A DNA stretch of 16,834 nucleotides from a candidate division WOR-3 bacterium (GTDB lineage: Bacteria > Hydrothermota > Tepidihabitantia > Tepidihabitantales > Tepidihabitantaceae): contig CBFGIT010000047.1 of NCBI GenBank assembly GCA_965648905.1, positions 1-16,834 on the forward strand. Direction: 5' to 3'. How positions within the stretch are numbered: position 1 is the stretch's first letter; every line of letters starts with the position of its first letter. The position numbers and the translations under genes are program-made. This document shows positions 15,501 through 16,834 of this stretch, piece after piece. The notes under the pieces are model-generated. The model did not search any database. It saw only the letters and a program-made list of their open reading frames with translations, and was not told where the DNA came from.

Positions 15501-16834
15501 CATCGTCGCACCGATCGGCGCGCTGCCCCCTGGCCCGGTGACTCCGGCCTGCACCATGACCAACTACGGCAACGCGGTCGAGCCGACCTGGGCCTACTTT
15601 GCGGTCTGGCAGGGTGCGACTCAGGTCTGGTTTGACAGCGTCAGCCTGGCCGGCTGGCAGGGCGACACCCTGGTTCAGTTCGGCACGTACAATGCCGGCG
15701 CCGGTGCGTTCACGACCGCGTTCTGGACTGCGCTTGGCACGGATCAGGTTCCGGCCAACGACACGGTGCGCGGCAGCTTCATGACCGGCACGGTCGACAT
15801 GGAGGTGACCGCGATCACTGCGCCGACCGGCGCAATCGACACCGCGGCCACGGTTACGCCCGCAGCCACGGTGAAGAACAACGGCACGCTGGCAGCGACG
15901 TGCGATGTCTGGTTCTTCATCGACTCGGCCGGCACCCGCATCTACTCAAGCACGCGAAACATCGCCGGTCTGGCACCTGGTGCATCCGCGCCGGTGACGT
16001 TTGACGAGAAGCCCAAACCGCACTCGATCGGCGACTACGCGACCCGGTGCTCGGTATACATCGCGTATGACGGCAACCCGGCCAACGACGTGAAAGACGG
16101 CACGTTCTCGTTCCGGGGCACGCCGCCGCCGCCGCCCGGCTGGACCGAGAAAGAACCGATGCCTGTCGGAGCTAAGCCGGTGAAAGACGGTGGCTGGCTC
16201 TCGTTCTCGGATCTGGGCGGAGTACGCAAGGTGTTTGCGGCCCGAGGCAACAAGCAGGCTGACTTCTATGTCTTTGATGCCGATGGCGGCACCTGGACCA
16301 AGAAGGCAGACTGGCCTGCGGGCACTGAGGCAAAGCCGCCTGCCAAGGGTGCAACCGGGACCGCGCTTGCGCTTGAGCCGAACACCCGCATCTTCGCGCT
16401 CAAAGGCAACAACACGCTTGGGTTCTGGTCGTACAGCATCATCAGCGACTCCTGGAAGCAGCTTGCCGACATCCCGCAGGGGACGGGCAAGAAGATCAAG
16501 GGTGGTGACGACCTGGTGTACCATGACGGCAAGGTCTACTGCCTGAAGGGTCTCACCAACGAGTTCCTGCTCTACAACCCTGACACTGATTCCTGGACAC
16601 CGCTGGCCAATGCACCGGCCGCCAAGTACACCAACGGCTCGTGGCTCTGCTTGGATGAAGTCAACGGCAAGATTTACTGCCACCAGGCCAAGGATCACGG
16701 GTTCTACGCCTACGACGTCGCGGCCGGGACCTGGAGCTCAGCGCTCAAAGGCATGCCGACGGTGAACAGCCTGGGCAAGAAGAAGAAGTCGAAAGACGGC
16801 GGGTCAGCCGCCTTCTATGCCGGCTACATCTTCG
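12592..16834 (+). CDS. Large secreted modular protein (>1414 aa, 3' incomplete): signal peptide, 7-blade beta-propeller, CARDB/Ig-like repeats, beta-sandwich domain, Kelch-like propeller
   Basis: SD AAGGAGG 12579-12585, ATG 12592, signal MRKALLAAGFVLLVVSAFA. Frame read by hand with no stop to 16834. Seven (V)HVVW-type blades ~12800-14010, five D..V..I..P / N.G / ND(N) Ig-like units, Kelch-like repeats from ~16138. Absent from the ORF track. Confidence 0.92.
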   Translation, partial: MRKALLAAGFVLLVVSAFAAQFEPAIDPETGLLLNAPGLPQNSGASSPPAKGYVPAYQAPVPPEAEQDAVIWGAETRLTFNSVTDYTSSSYNNRRSVVVDPSGRVHVAWMSYQTPGSYSPQVYYKRWYSGTGWTADTCVSADRASIGSCTYPALACDSSGVVHLVFQHYASVAPTGYYIMYKNCTPTASGNGGWQATSTQISLSTATWYKYYPSISTTPNGNVQVVWYTYYSTAGYILQFRERVGTTWQSQVALDSGPASYWYMWTPTVAGGRDNNVHVTFYGRIVSGGGSYYYPYYKGRFSGTWMTSWQRLCPTTSYYQYYPIVAVNPRTNRAHCVWQGYDPGYSYYRIIHSERLGTTASDTWQLVADTVSESGLNYYQYWPCFSFTNDGRGHVVWYGTSTASPSYTKIRYNERSYPGGTWGTPENISLNTSTSSYYPMVNNGGNGADSNSIHVIWSDYRDGNYEIYYRKGNPPAPADIGVSRIVRPNGLYAMGSISPSVWVKNYGTAAQSNFGVKLDIGTTYSQTVTVTSTLQPGDSVNVTSFPAWNPSASGIYAVRCSTRLTGDANNTNDRLTATAVIADFVEQFEASNGNYTASGQWRWRVPNAPRPPAPSPTKCWQLPDTGTYQNSSNDSLRSCAYFATRDTPVVIFQHWANSESYYDGLHVKYSTNDGATWTLIYPDTAGGKCRYYYGQLYDGEWGYSGTWGWELAWFKIPVANATSFKLMWQFTSDPSVVYNGWMIDDVAGLGFRKAVDVGTKTILGPSGTIPVGTVVTPRAVVFNYGSGTQSFNVKFSIGSVYADSQNVTNLAPNDSAVLAFTDWTVQRGGFSVKCSTKLATDEIPANNRKTDTVFGRLVDAQPVAIVQPVGGSSVDSGVAISPQVRVRNNGSQAASFNVLFRAPSYSATRIVASLPPDSERLVTGYANWTPRQRGWNVIACSTQLGGDTVPENNRILDSVFVQVHDVGARVIVAPIGALPPGPVTPACTMTNYGNAVEPTWAYFAVWQGATQVWFDSVSLAGWQGDTLVQFGTYNAGAGAFTTAFWTALGTDQVPANDTVRGSFMTGTVDMEVTAITAPTGAIDTAATVTPAATVKNNGTLAATCDVWFFIDSAGTRIYSSTRNIAGLAPGASAPVTFDEKPKPHSIGDYATRCSVYIAYDGNPANDVKDGTFSFRGTPPPPPGWTEKEPMPVGAKPVKDGGWLSFSDLGGVRKVFAARGNKQADFYVFDADGGTWTKKADWPAGTEAKPPAKGATGTALALEPNTRIFALKGNNTLGFWSYSIISDSWKQLADIPQGTGKKIKGGDDLVYHDGKVYCLKGLTNEFLLYNPDTDSWTPLANAPAAKYTNGSWLCLDEVNGKIYCHQAKDHGFYAYDVAAGTWSSALKGMPTVNSLGKKKKSKDGGSAAFYAGYIF

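Noticed and set aside
12604..16698. Many short ORFs listed on both strands
   Set aside because: All overlap the single open frame starting at 12592, which has a clear SD, signal peptide and domain repeats.

Overview
GC-rich bacterial chromosome window. Gene order and protein style suggest an FCB-group organism such as candidate division WOR-3, but this is inference. The left ~3.3 kb is accessory: the 5' end of an IS256-family element (transposase N-terminus plus terminal inverted repeat), a 770-aa NACHT/STAND NTPase with pentapeptide repeats, and a small ORF whose helical motif matches the coat-protein C-terminal bundle of archaeal filamentous viruses (SIRV type). Housekeeping genes follow: rfbD, a NUDIX hydrolase, archaeal-type proS (minus strand), and a tightly coupled operon rplM-rpsI-rpsB-tsf-pyrH-frr-uppS-cdsA ending in a UPF0282 metallo-beta-lactamase-fold gene. 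From 12592 a >1400-aa secreted modular protein, missing from the ORF track, runs off the end. Other observations are a probable ATT start for uppS, five candidate promoters that all have 16-bp spacers (two apparently leaderless), two 7-mer tandem arrays, and a structured ~170-nt leader.
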